Source: an uncultured Bacteroidota bacterium
GTDB taxonomy: Bacteria > Bacteroidota > Bacteroidia > Flavobacteriales > Flavobacteriaceae
Assembly (NCBI GenBank): GCA_902594485.1
Contig: CACJMJ010000001.1
Span: 6,574-70,573, forward strand
DNA length: 64,000 nt
Direction of reading: 5' to 3'
Both the position numbers and the translations under genes were made by a program. The notes below the pieces were generated by a model. That model saw only the letters and a program-made list of their open reading frames with translations. It made no database searches and was not told where the DNA came from. Every line of letters begins with the position of its first letter. Position 1 is the stretch's first letter. Of this stretch, positions 34,843 to 44,666 are shown one piece after another.

Positions 34843-35265
34843 TTAGCTTATATCAATTACCCTATTTGGTTTTGTTATGCTATCTTTTCTCTTTGGTAAC
34901 TTAATCTTTAAAATTCCATTTTTATAATTTGCTTTGATCTTATCAAGTTCTACTGATTCTGGAACTCTAAATGATCTCTGAAAAGAAGAATAATTAAATT
35001 CATTTAATCTTGTTCTTTCATTTTGATCATAATTTGAGTTATCCGATGAAATCACTAAAATTTTATCATTTAATTCGATTGTAAAATCATCTTTCTTCAT
35101 TCCTGGCACTGCAAGATCGATTTCAAAAGAATCATTATTTTCAACTGAATTAACTGATGGAACAGAATGTCTTCTATTAAAAAAATTCATTCTCAAATCA
35201 TCATTAAAAAATTCATTCATTAATGATGGAAATACGTTGTTGTTATTATATTTTACTATTCTCAT
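34843..35265 (-). CDS. Hsp20/alpha-crystallin small heat-shock protein
   Basis: PSVN, AVPGMKKDDF, EFNYSSFQRSF, ANYKNGIL. Confidence 0.95.
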   Translation of the reverse strand: MRIVKYNNNNVFPSLMNEFFNDDLRMNFFNRRHSVPSVNSVENNDSFEIDLAVPGMKKDDFTIELNDKILVISSDNSNYDQNERTRLNEFNYSSFQRSFRVPESVELDKIKANYKNGILKIKLPKRKDSITKPNRVIDIS

Positions 35266-35313
35266 AATTATTTTTTTTGTTAAACATTGAATATTAAATT
35301 CAATAAATAATAG

Positions 35314-35328
35314 TCAAATAGAATACCA
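35314..35328 (-). promoter_or_regulatory. Candidate sigma54 (-24/-12) promoter for hsp20
   Basis: TGGTAT-TCTAT-TTGA has the same spacing as TGGCAC-N5-TTGC. Confidence 0.5.
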
Positions 35329-35340
35329 AATAAAAATATA

Positions 35341-35384
35341 TGACAAAATGACGTTAAAAAATAAAAAAAGATGACTATATGTCA
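35341..35384. promoter_or_regulatory. Two TGAC-N5-GTCA-type operator sites upstream of hsp20
   Basis: Perfect TGAC-TATAT-GTCA (35372-35384) and imperfect TGAC-AAAAT-GACG (35341-35353), 31 bp apart. Confidence 0.5.
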
Positions 35385-36572
35385 GTTAATGGCAGCTTGA
35401 ACCTTTGTAGCTGCCTCATCAAATGCAGTAGCTGAAAGAACATTTAACCCTGAGTTATCTATTATTTCTTTAGCCTTATCTGAATTAGTACCTTGAAGTC
35501 TAACTATTATGGGCACATTAATATTATCTAAATTCTTATAAGCAGAAACAATACCCTCTGCCACCCTATCACACCTTACTATACCGCCAAATATGTTTAC
35601 CAAGATTGCTTTTACATTTGAGTCCTGAAGTATCAGCCTAAAAGCCTTTTCAACTCTTTTTGAATCAGCAGTTCCACCAACATCAAGAAAGTTTGCTGGC
35701 TCTCCTCCAGCAAGTTTTATAAGATCCATAGTAGCCATAGCTAGCCCAGCACCATTAACCATGCACCCTACATTCCCATCTAAATCAACATAGTTTAGGC
35801 CATTCTCTCTTGCTTCAACCTCAACTGGATTCTCTTCATTTAAATCTCTAAGGGATTCATAATCTTTATGTCTAAAAAGGGCATTCTCATCAATTGTAAC
35901 TTTTGAATCTACAGCAATTATTTTATCATCTGAGGCCTTGAGCACAGGATTTATTTCAAATAAAGAAGCATCTGAGTTAACATATGCATTATAAAGATTG
36001 GTAACAAATTTTGACATATTCTTAAAGGCCAAACCTTCCAGACCTAGATTAAATGCAATTTTTCTTGATTGAAAAGGCAAAATCCCAGTTCCAGGATCAA
36101 TTTCTTCATTAAAAATTAATTCCGGGGTATTTTCAGCAACTGCCTCAATGTCAACTCCTCCTTCAGTTGAATAGACTATCATATTTTTAGATGAGGCTCT
36201 GTTTAATAGAACTGATATATAAAATTCTTTTCTATCAAACTCTCCATCATAATATACATCCTCTGCAATAAGCACTTTTCTGACAAGCTTTCCATCTTTT
36301 GATGTTTGAGGAGTAATAAGGTTCATGCCTATTATATCTGATGAAATTTTTTTTACTTCTTCTAGACTCTTAGCAATTTTAACACCCCCTCCTTTTCCTC
36401 TACCACCTGCATGTATTTGAGCCTTTATTACAAATATTTTAGTTCCTGTCTCTTCAGTAAGTTTTTCTGCACATTTTACTGCTTCATCCGGTGTATTGGC
36501 AACATAACCTCTTTGGATTGAAACATTAAAGTTTTTTAGTAGTTCTTTTCCCTGATATTCATGTAAATTCAT
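35382..36572 (-). CDS. sucC: Succinyl-CoA synthetase beta subunit
   Basis: MNLHEYQGK, KAQIHAGGRGKGGG, NGAGLAMATMD, NIFGGIVRCD. Confidence 0.98.
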   Translation of the reverse strand: MNLHEYQGKELLKNFNVSIQRGYVANTPDEAVKCAEKLTEETGTKIFVIKAQIHAGGRGKGGGVKIAKSLEEVKKISSDIIGMNLITPQTSKDGKLVRKVLIAEDVYYDGEFDRKEFYISVLLNRASSKNMIVYSTEGGVDIEAVAENTPELIFNEEIDPGTGILPFQSRKIAFNLGLEGLAFKNMSKFVTNLYNAYVNSDASLFEINPVLKASDDKIIAVDSKVTIDENALFRHKDYESLRDLNEENPVEVEARENGLNYVDLDGNVGCMVNGAGLAMATMDLIKLAGGEPANFLDVGGTADSKRVEKAFRLILQDSNVKAILVNIFGGIVRCDRVAEGIVSAYKNLDNINVPIIVRLQGTNSDKAKEIIDNSGLNVLSATAFDEAATKVQAAIN

Positions 36573-36577
36573 GGCGA

Positions 36578-36585
36578 CAAATATA
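36578..36585 (-). promoter_or_regulatory. Sigma70 -7 element for sucC
   Basis: TATATTTG-TCGCC-ATG on the minus strand. Confidence 0.7.
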
Positions 36586-36650
36586 ACTACAAAACTTAAG
36601 AAATTTGAATTATTTAAAATCAGATTTATATTTAAAGATTAATTCATCCT

Positions 36651-37859
36651 ATGAATATTGAAAAACTTAAAAAAGCTTCCGAAAATTTTGGAACTCCCCT
36701 TTATGTATATGATTTATCCATAATAGATAGTCAACTTAAAAAACTTAAAGAGGCATTCAAAAAATTAGACAATTATCAAATTCACTTTGCAGCTAAAGCT
36801 CTTTCTAATATTTCAATATTAAGATATATTAAAAGTCTAGGGCTAGGACTCGATGCAGTTTCAATTGAGGAAGTTAGAACAGGAATTAAATGTGGATATG
36901 ACGTTAAAAAAATTCTATTCACACCAAATGGTGTTAATTTTTCTGAAATAAAAGAGGCAATGGCATTAGGTGTAAAGATTAATCTTGATAGCCTTGAGTC
37001 TTTGATAGATTTTTCAAAAGCTTATCCCAATCAAACTGTATCGGTAAGAATTAACCCAGGAGTCATGGCAGGTGGAAATGAAAATATAAGTGTTGGGCAT
37101 TTAGATTCTAAGTTTGGAATTACTGAAGAGAGTCTAGATGAGATTGTGAAAATGGATAAGGAGAAAAAAATTAAAGTAACTACTCTTCATATTCATACAG
37201 GTAGCGATATTATTAAGAATAATCATTTTGAATTGGGAATAAGAAAAATATTTTCTATTGCACATAAATTTCAAAATATTGAAACAATCGATCTTGGAGG
37301 TGGAATTAAAATCCCCTATTTTTTTGGGGATACTGAAACTGACCTTAATAAGTACGCAGATGTCATTAATGAAGAAGTTGAAAAATTTAAACAAAAAAAA
37401 GGAAAAGACTTAAAGCTTATTTTTGAACCAGGAAAATTTTTAGTCAGCGATTCAGGATATTTTATTACTAAAGTTAATTATGTAAAAAAATCAAGCAAGA
37501 ATACTTTTGTTCAAGTCAACTCTGGCTTTAATCACTTTGTAAGACCTACTCTTTACAAATCATATCATGAAATAGTTAACTTATCTAATCCAAACGATAA
37601 AAAATTTGATTATTCAGTAGTCGGTTATATATGTGAGAAAGACACTTTTGCAGAAAATAGAGAGATATCAAGAGTTTCAAAAGGTGATTTATTATGCTTT
37701 AAAAATTCTGGAGCTTATGGATTTACTATGACTAGCAACTATAACAGCAGGCTTAAACCAACTGAAGTATGTATTTATAAAAATGAAATAAAGAAGATCA
37801 GAGAGGGCGAGAAATTTGATGACCTTTTCCGAGGCCAGATCGATATATTTAGTAAATAA
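36651..37859 (+). CDS. lysA: Diaminopimelate decarboxylase
   Basis: GTPLYVY, FAAKA (PLP Lys), SKFG, HIHTGS, EPGKFLV, GYICEKD, SNYNSR. Confidence 0.95.
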   Translation: MNIEKLKKASENFGTPLYVYDLSIIDSQLKKLKEAFKKLDNYQIHFAAKALSNISILRYIKSLGLGLDAVSIEEVRTGIKCGYDVKKILFTPNGVNFSEIKEAMALGVKINLDSLESLIDFSKAYPNQTVSVRINPGVMAGGNENISVGHLDSKFGITEESLDEIVKMDKEKKIKVTTLHIHTGSDIIKNNHFELGIRKIFSIAHKFQNIETIDLGGGIKIPYFFGDTETDLNKYADVINEEVEKFKQKKGKDLKLIFEPGKFLVSDSGYFITKVNYVKKSSKNTFVQVNSGFNHFVRPTLYKSYHEIVNLSNPNDKKFDYSVVGYICEKDTFAENREISRVSKGDLLCFKNSGAYGFTMTSNYNSRLKPTEVCIYKNEIKKIREGEKFDDLFRGQIDIFSK

Positions 37860-37961
37860 TTTTTTATTTAAACTTTTAGCTCTAGTAGTTTCTAAATGAT
37901 ATAATGATTAATTTATTGTTAAATACACAATAAGATTTATACTTTTTAAGAATATTATATT

Positions 37962-37969
37962 TAAGTTTG
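37962..37969 (+). promoter_or_regulatory. Sigma70 -7 element for the 37987 gene
   Basis: TAAGTTTG, 17 nt before the ATG. Confidence 0.6.
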
Positions 37970-37986
37970 CCCTGAAAATTTACAAT

Positions 37987-38694
37987 ATGAAATACATATA
38001 CACCTTTCTATTTACTACTATCCTATCATTTAATTTGCAATCCCAAGGTAACATTAACGGTGCAATTACAGGAGCAACTCAACAAGCCTTAATTGATTTT
38101 GGTAACAAATCAACAAGAGCTCCTCAACCATTGAATGTTCAAGGGACTCATTATTTTGATGCTGATTTCAATATAGCAACACTTGAATATTTTGGTAAAG
38201 AATTAAATGACACTGGTTATATGAGGTATAATGCTTTTAGGGATGAAATAGAAATGGCTGATACACCTTCTCAGTCTGAATCCGATGTAATTTTAATCAA
38301 AAGTGCAGATGTAATTCCTTTAATTAATGGTGAAAGATATGAGTATCTACCTTACAGGTTAGAGAGTGGTAATGCCTACATTGGTTATTTGATTAATATA
38401 TTTGATGGTCAGAAAGACAAGTTGTTCCTCAAGAAAAAGAAAACTTTCATGGAAGCAAAAATTGCAAGAACTTCTCTTGAAAATTCTTTCCCTCCAAGAT
38501 ATGTCGAAAGCGTTGAGCTATATATAAGTTCAAATGGAAGCACACCTGTAAAGCTAAAACAGTCAAAAAAGTCAATTATCAATTACTTTGGAGACAACTC
38601 TGATAAAGTAAAGAAATTTATCAAATCTGAGAAGTTAAAAGTAAGTGATTTAAGCTCAATTATAAAGATTTTTGAATTCGTAGAAAATCTATAG
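37987..38694 (+). CDS. Secreted hypothetical protein upstream of susC
   Basis: Signal peptide; GTHYF...MRYNAFRDEIE pattern; no function recognised. Confidence 0.75.
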   Translation: MKYIYTFLFTTILSFNLQSQGNINGAITGATQQALIDFGNKSTRAPQPLNVQGTHYFDADFNIATLEYFGKELNDTGYMRYNAFRDEIEMADTPSQSESDVILIKSADVIPLINGERYEYLPYRLESGNAYIGYLINIFDGQKDKLFLKKKKTFMEAKIARTSLENSFPPRYVESVELYISSNGSTPVKLKQSKKSIINYFGDNSDKVKKFIKSEKLKVSDLSSIIKIFEFVENL

Positions 38695-38903
38695 ATTTTT
38701 TGTTAATATGATAATATTTTGACTAAAAAATTATCATTTTATCATTATTAACCCTTTTTTAATAGAAAAATCTCGTTTTTTTTATTTTTTTTTCAATAAA
38801 CATTAGAAGTTTCTTTTTTTTTTGAATTATTGATGTAACTTAGCGTTTACGAAAAATTTAAGAAAATTTTAACAAAAATTTATTAATAACTAAATAACTA
38901 AGT

Positions 38904-41900
38904 ATGAAAAGCTTATTCAGATTACTAGTGGTTTTCTTGCTAACGGCTCAATTGTCGTTCGCTCAGAAGACAGTAACTGGTGTTGTTTCTGATCCAGATG
39001 GTCTTCCTTTACCGGGAGCTACTGTTCTAGTTCAGGGCACAACTACTGGTGTAACCACTGATTTCGATGGGAACTTTTCTGTTAATGTATCTGAAGGCCA
39101 GACTCTGGAATTCAGTTTTGTTGGTTATGAAACATCAGCAATAGCTGTTGGAGCAGGCAACGTCATTAACGTTTCACTTTCCCTAGGTAATCAACTTGAA
39201 GAAGTTATCGTAACCAGTTTAGGTATTACAAGAGAAAAACGTGCACTAGGATATGCTGTATCTGAGGTTGACAATAGTCAAATCGAAAATAGAGCTTCTG
39301 GTGATGTTGCGCGTGTACTTTCTGGTAAAGCCTCTGGTGTACAAGTAACAAATCAAGGTGGTATTTCTGGATCAGGAACAAGTGTTATAATTAGAGGTCT
39401 AAGTACCTTTAGTTCAAGTAACCAACCGTTATTCGTTGTTGATGGTGTCCCTTTCGCAAGTGATACTAACTCAATGGGTAGTTTTACCTCAGGTAACAAC
39501 GGTTCTTCAAGATTCCTAGATCTAGATCCAAATAATATTGAATCTGTTAACGTTCTTAAAGGTTTAGCTGCGGCTACACTTTATGGATCGCAAGGTAGAA
39601 ACGGTGTAGTATTAATTACTACAAAATCCGGTACTACTGCTTCAGGTATGAAAGCTCAAAAAAATGAAGTGACGGTTAACACGTCTTACTTTGTAAACGA
39701 GCTTGCCATGAAGCCAGAATATCAAATGGAGTATGGTAATGGTTTCAACCAAAACTTTGGTTGGTTCTTCTCAAACTGGGGTCCAAGTTTCCGCGAGGAA
39801 GGTCCAGCAGGATGGGGAAAACAATCACAGATTAATGGTACAGTTTCAGGTCAACCTGGATTTTTGAAACACCCATACAATAGTAACTTAAATGCGAGGT
39901 TCCTTGCAAGAGATCTTCTACCTTTAATAGGTTTATCTGAAGACTCTCTATGGGAGTGGAAGCCTTATGACAGTGTTGGTGACTTATTCCAGCCTGGAAG
40001 CATAATTAATACAAACATTAACTTCAGAGGTCAAAGTGATGACGGAAAAGTATCTTATAATGTTAACTATGGTAATTTAGATGACGAAGGGTTTACTCCT
40101 GGAAACACTCTAAGAAGAAACAACATTAGTTTCGGTGGTAGAGCTGTTTTATCAAACAAAATTACTGTTAACGGAACACTTAACTATTCATTTACTGACT
40201 TTAAAACTCCACCTATTGCTGCGGCATATAGTAGTGGTAGTTCTGATTCATCATTATATGGTAACGTATTCTATACTCCAAGATCTGTTGGTATAGGTCA
40301 ATTACCATATGCACACCCTATTACAGGAGCATCTATATATTATAGATCATCTAATGGTATACAGCACCCACTTTGGACTGTTGCAAATACTCAAGATGCG
40401 CAGGCTACTCACAGGGTTTATGGTGGTACTTCAGTTCAATATGACATCTCTGATAATTTAAACGTTCAATATAGATATGGTTATGATGTATATAGTGAGG
40501 ATAACACAAGTTATCAAAACAAGGGTGGTGTTGACGGAAGTCTTGAAACACAATCTGGATTCTACGAAAAGTGGAATAACACTGCTACAATCTTTAACCA
40601 CCAAATAACTGTTAACGGAGATTTCGAACTTGACAGTGATTGGTCTATGACTTTTAACGCTGGTGCTACATCTAATGCAAGAGAATATGATAGAAATGGT
40701 GTAAGAAGTACTGGTCAGAATGTATTTAATGTTTTAAGACATTATAACTTTAACTCTCAGGAAGAAATTGAATTTTATTCTAGAAGAAACGTACTTGGGG
40801 TATTTGCTCAAGCTTCTCTAGATTATCAAAACTACTTGTATTTAACATTAGCATCTAGAACTGACTGGGTATCTAACCTAGCAGAAGAAAATAGATCTAT
40901 TACTTACCCATCTGCAAGTATATCTTTCGTTCCAACTTCAGTTTTAGACTTTGGTAACTTACCAGTCGATTTCCTAAAGGTTAGAGCTAGTTATGGTACA
41001 TCTGCGACATATCCTACTGGATATCCAATTTCATCTGTACTTAACTTAAATACAAAAGATTATAAGATTGATGGTGTTGATGTAATTACAAACACATCTG
41101 GTTCATCTCTGGGTAACCTTGGTTTAAAGCCTGAGTTACTTGCTGAGCTTGAGTTTGGTTTAGAAGCTAATTTATTTGATAATAGATTATCTGCTGAAAT
41201 TTCTTACTTCGACAGAACAACTACTGATCTTATTATAACACAACCACTTGACCCATCAACAGGTTATACTTCTACTAGTACAAACATTGGTGAAATTAGT
41301 GCAACTGGTTGGGAAGTAGATCTTAACGCTGATTGGATTAGAGGTGATAAGTTTAACTGGAATACTAGTGTAAACTACACAACTAACCAAGCTATTGTTG
41401 AAGATCTAGGACAAAATACTGATCAAATTGTTTATGCTGGTTTCTCTACAAGAGGTAACGCTGCAATTCCTGGATTACCATTAACATCTATGATTGGAAC
41501 ATCTGTTTCAAGAGATAGCTCTGGTAGACCACTAATTGATGCTGCTGGTAGTTATGGTACAAACAACGATACAAATTACAAGACTAACAAGTATTCATTA
41601 ATTGGTGATAGTAACCCTGATTTCATTGCAAATATTGGTAACACTATTACTTATGGAAATTTATCTTTAAATGTTCTATTTAATGCTACTATTGGTGGTG
41701 ATATGTATTCAAGTTTTATTATGACACTACTTGGTAGAGGTCAGACAATTGATACTGTTGATAGAGAATTACCATATGTTTTACCTGGTGTTCTTTCTGA
41801 TGGTTCTCCAAACAATAAACAAATTGATAACGCTACAACTTACTTCGGTAACTTGATTTTAGGAGCAGACGAGTTAAGAACTTGGGATGCTAGTGTTTTA

Positions 41901-42143
41901 AGACTAAGTGAAGTTTCACTTACTTTTGACGTACCTAAAAATTGGTTAGATAAAACTCCATTTGGAGCGGCTTCTGTTTCTGCACAAGGTTTCAACCTTT
42001 GGTATGATGCTTATAACACACCTGAAGGTATTAACTATGATCCTAACATCGCCGGTCTTGGTGTTGGTAACGGTTCTGGTTTTGAATACTTCAATGGTGT
42101 AAGTGCTAGAAGATACGGTGTAAGTTTAAAATTAACGTTCTAA
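38904..42143 (+). CDS. susC: SusC/RagA TonB-dependent outer-membrane transporter
   Basis: N-terminal extension (TTDFDGNF), LEEVIVT TonB box, VLKGLAAATLYG...NGVVLITTK plug, C-terminal Phe. Confidence 0.96.
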   Translation: MKSLFRLLVVFLLTAQLSFAQKTVTGVVSDPDGLPLPGATVLVQGTTTGVTTDFDGNFSVNVSEGQTLEFSFVGYETSAIAVGAGNVINVSLSLGNQLEEVIVTSLGITREKRALGYAVSEVDNSQIENRASGDVARVLSGKASGVQVTNQGGISGSGTSVIIRGLSTFSSSNQPLFVVDGVPFASDTNSMGSFTSGNNGSSRFLDLDPNNIESVNVLKGLAAATLYGSQGRNGVVLITTKSGTTASGMKAQKNEVTVNTSYFVNELAMKPEYQMEYGNGFNQNFGWFFSNWGPSFREEGPAGWGKQSQINGTVSGQPGFLKHPYNSNLNARFLARDLLPLIGLSEDSLWEWKPYDSVGDLFQPGSIINTNINFRGQSDDGKVSYNVNYGNLDDEGFTPGNTLRRNNISFGGRAVLSNKITVNGTLNYSFTDFKTPPIAAAYSSGSSDSSLYGNVFYTPRSVGIGQLPYAHPITGASIYYRSSNGIQHPLWTVANTQDAQATHRVYGGTSVQYDISDNLNVQYRYGYDVYSEDNTSYQNKGGVDGSLETQSGFYEKWNNTATIFNHQITVNGDFELDSDWSMTFNAGATSNAREYDRNGVRSTGQNVFNVLRHYNFNSQEEIEFYSRRNVLGVFAQASLDYQNYLYLTLASRTDWVSNLAEENRSITYPSASISFVPTSVLDFGNLPVDFLKVRASYGTSATYPTGYPISSVLNLNTKDYKIDGVDVITNTSGSSLGNLGLKPELLAELEFGLEANLFDNRLSAEISYFDRTTTDLIITQPLDPSTGYTSTSTNIGEISATGWEVDLNADWIRGDKFNWNTSVNYTTNQAIVEDLGQNTDQIVYAGFSTRGNAAIPGLPLTSMIGTSVSRDSSGRPLIDAAGSYGTNNDTNYKTNKYSLIGDSNPDFIANIGNTITYGNLSLNVLFNATIGGDMYSSFIMTLLGRGQTIDTVDRELPYVLPGVLSDGSPNNKQIDNATTYFGNLILGADELRTWDASVLRLSEVSLTFDVPKNWLDKTPFGAASVSAQGFNLWYDAYNTPEGINYDPNIAGLGVGNGSGFEYFNGVSARRYGVSLKLTF

Positions 42144-42161
42144 TTCAAAAATTTAAAAATT

Positions 42162-43766
42162 ATGAAAAATTTTAACAAACTTTCGATTTTAGCTTTTTCT
42201 AGTTTACTAGTATTAAGCTCATGTGAAACTACTGAGTTAGATCTTACTGTTAACCCTAATGCATTAAACCCAGCGCAGGCTAGTACTGACTTGTTTATTA
42301 ATAACATTCAAGAAGACTTTGCTTCATTTGTTGATAACATGGGTGATGTTGGTGCAAGACTTACAAGAGTCGCGTACCTAGGAGGTGACAGAATGTATAG
42401 AGATAATTATTCTCCAGGTTCATTCTCTGGTGCGTGGTCAAGCGCTTACCAAGGTATGATGGAGGATATTAGATTAATGAATATTCTAGCTTCTGAAAAC
42501 GGTCTTACTTATTACATTGGAATGGGTCAGGTTATGCAAGCTTATATTATGTTAACTCTAGTAGACTACTTTGGTGATGTTCCTTATACTGAAGCATTAC
42601 AAGGTTCTGAGAACCTGAATCCTGCTGCTGACTCAGGTCAGTCAGTTTATAATGCTGCAATTGGTTTACTTGATTCTGCAATTAGTAACTTTAATCAAGG
42701 TGGTGCTACTCCACAGTACGATATGTACTACGGAGGTAATGCTGCTGGATGGATTAAAGCTGCAAACAGTATCAAGAAAAGAGCATACCTTAACCTAGGT
42801 GATTATTCAAGTTATAACGCTATTACTAATTATATTACTGATAGTGCAGATGATTTTGAATTCAAATGGGGTACAAATGCAATTAATCCTGATACTAGAC
42901 ATCCAATTTACAGATATAACTACTCTAATACTGGAGCTGGTGACTATCAGTCTAACTGGATGATGGATCGTTTAATGAAAGGTAGAAACGGTGTAAGAGA
43001 CCCTAGAATACTTTACTTGTATTATAGAAATGTTTCTGAAACACCTGGTGCTGATGGACCTCCTAACGAAGTTCAGATTGAATGTTCAACACCTGGTTAC
43101 TATATCGAGCCTCACAGGGTTGCTTATGGATTGTACTGTGTACTTCCTGAGGGATACTGGGGAAGAGATCATGGAAACGATGAAGGTATTCCACCTGATG
43201 GTTTCGAAAGAACTCTAGCTGGTATATTCCCTGCTGGTGGTGCTTACGATGACCTAAGTTTTGGTGGTCTTGGTGCCGGAGATGGTGCAGGTGGTCAAGG
43301 TGTAACTCCAATTGTTGCTAACTCATGGATGCATTTTATGAATGCAGAAGTAGCAGTTATGACTGGAGGTGATCCTACAACTGAAACTTTAGCTGGTATT
43401 AGATCTCACATGAATAAAGTGGATGATATACCAGGAGCTCCTGCAATGGACCAGGCAGCAATTGATGCTTATATAGCAAACTTTGCTACTGAATGGGGTG
43501 CTGCATCTACATTAGATGGTAAGCTTGAGCTTTGGGCTGAAGAATTCTGGATTACTCAAAGAGGTAACGGAATTGATGCATATAATTCATATAGAAGAAA
43601 TGGTTATCCAAAGAATCTTCAACCTATGGTTGAACCAGATCCAGGGCCATTCCCTGTATCAATGTGGTATCCACAAAACTATGCGGCTAACAACTCTAAT
43701 GTTACTCAGAAAGCTGATTTAACATCAAGAGTATTTTGGAACACTAACGGACCAGCGGTCGATTAA
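42162..43766 (+). CDS. susD: SusD/RagB substrate-binding lipoprotein
   Basis: Lipobox LSSC, LVDYFGDVPYTEAL, YNSYRRNGYP, RVFW. Confidence 0.93.
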   Translation: MKNFNKLSILAFSSLLVLSSCETTELDLTVNPNALNPAQASTDLFINNIQEDFASFVDNMGDVGARLTRVAYLGGDRMYRDNYSPGSFSGAWSSAYQGMMEDIRLMNILASENGLTYYIGMGQVMQAYIMLTLVDYFGDVPYTEALQGSENLNPAADSGQSVYNAAIGLLDSAISNFNQGGATPQYDMYYGGNAAGWIKAANSIKKRAYLNLGDYSSYNAITNYITDSADDFEFKWGTNAINPDTRHPIYRYNYSNTGAGDYQSNWMMDRLMKGRNGVRDPRILYLYYRNVSETPGADGPPNEVQIECSTPGYYIEPHRVAYGLYCVLPEGYWGRDHGNDEGIPPDGFERTLAGIFPAGGAYDDLSFGGLGAGDGAGGQGVTPIVANSWMHFMNAEVAVMTGGDPTTETLAGIRSHMNKVDDIPGAPAMDQAAIDAYIANFATEWGAASTLDGKLELWAEEFWITQRGNGIDAYNSYRRNGYPKNLQPMVEPDPGPFPVSMWYPQNYAANNSNVTQKADLTSRVFWNTNGPAVD

Positions 43767-43777
43767 AACTAAAAAAC

Positions 43778-44647
43778 ATGAAAAAATTATTTATATATCT
43801 TAGTTTAATTACACTAGTAGTTTCTTGTTCAAAAGAATTTTCTTCTGACGAATATGGAGGGTACGAGATGATGACTGACTACATGCTTAAAGAGTATGAG
43901 CAAGGTGCTGCACTTAGACAAATTTCAAAGTCTGGTGAGTATCAAGCAGCTACTCCTGGTACGTCGGTTGTTAACTGGACACTTGAGCCACACGATAAAG
44001 AAATGGGTGGTTTAACACAAAATGTAGAAATTTATCTACAGTTTAATTCAGGTGCAGAAGTTTTATATCAGACTGTTAATAGGTCTGAAATGTATGACGG
44101 TCCTGTTGGACTACCTAGATTTGACTTTTCATTATCATTAACACAAGCACTTGGAGCATTAGGTGTTGGTAGCTTTAAAGGTAATGATGTTGTTACTGTA
44201 AGATTTCAATTAAACCTTACAGACGGAAATTCTTATTCAAGATCTTCTGTAACTGGATCAATGACAGGTTCATATTTTAGATCTCCTTTCTTATATCCAA
44301 TAGTAATTGGATGTAGATTTGATGCTAACAATTCTGGTGCAGTAGCTGGTATTTATACTATTACTGGTCAGGATAGTTGGGGAGATGGTTGGAATGGTGC
44401 TACATTAAAATGGACAATTGATGGTGTTACTACATCATGGACTGTTGCTGGAACAGATGGGACGACTTCGTTCACAGTTCCTGCAAGCGCTTCAACTTTC
44501 GGATTCGAATTTACTTCGGGAGACTGGGATAGTGAAATTACTTATCAAGTTAACTGGACAGGTTTAGATGGTTCTGGATCTCAAACTGCTTTATCGGACG
44601 GTACAAGTCCTGCAGTAGGATTCAAGGCTATGAATATTTGTCAATAA
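43778..44647 (+). CDS. Surface lipoprotein accompanying SusCD
   Basis: Lipobox VVSC; beta-rich; C-terminal domain with DSWGDGWNG and DWDSEITY. Confidence 0.8.
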   Translation: MKKLFIYLSLITLVVSCSKEFSSDEYGGYEMMTDYMLKEYEQGAALRQISKSGEYQAATPGTSVVNWTLEPHDKEMGGLTQNVEIYLQFNSGAEVLYQTVNRSEMYDGPVGLPRFDFSLSLTQALGALGVGSFKGNDVVTVRFQLNLTDGNSYSRSSVTGSMTGSYFRSPFLYPIVIGCRFDANNSGAVAGIYTITGQDSWGDGWNGATLKWTIDGVTTSWTVAGTDGTTSFTVPASASTFGFEFTSGDWDSEITYQVNWTGLDGSGSQTALSDGTSPAVGFKAMNICQ

Positions 44648-44666
44648 TTTGATAAATTAATATTTT

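Noticed and set aside
38695..38903. Riboswitch, sRNA, Fur box, invertible promoter or phase-variable T10 tract (38814-38823) upstream of susC
   Set aside because: No GC stem or recognisable aptamer; TGATAA/TTATCA pieces do not form a 19-bp Fur box; no long inverted repeats; T runs are common in this AT-rich DNA
38904..44647. Horizontal transfer of the higher-GC susCD locus
   Set aside because: The shift follows Gly/Ala/Thr-rich composition and optimal codons with T-ending fourfold sites, as in highly expressed native genes; no integrase, tRNA or flanking repeats
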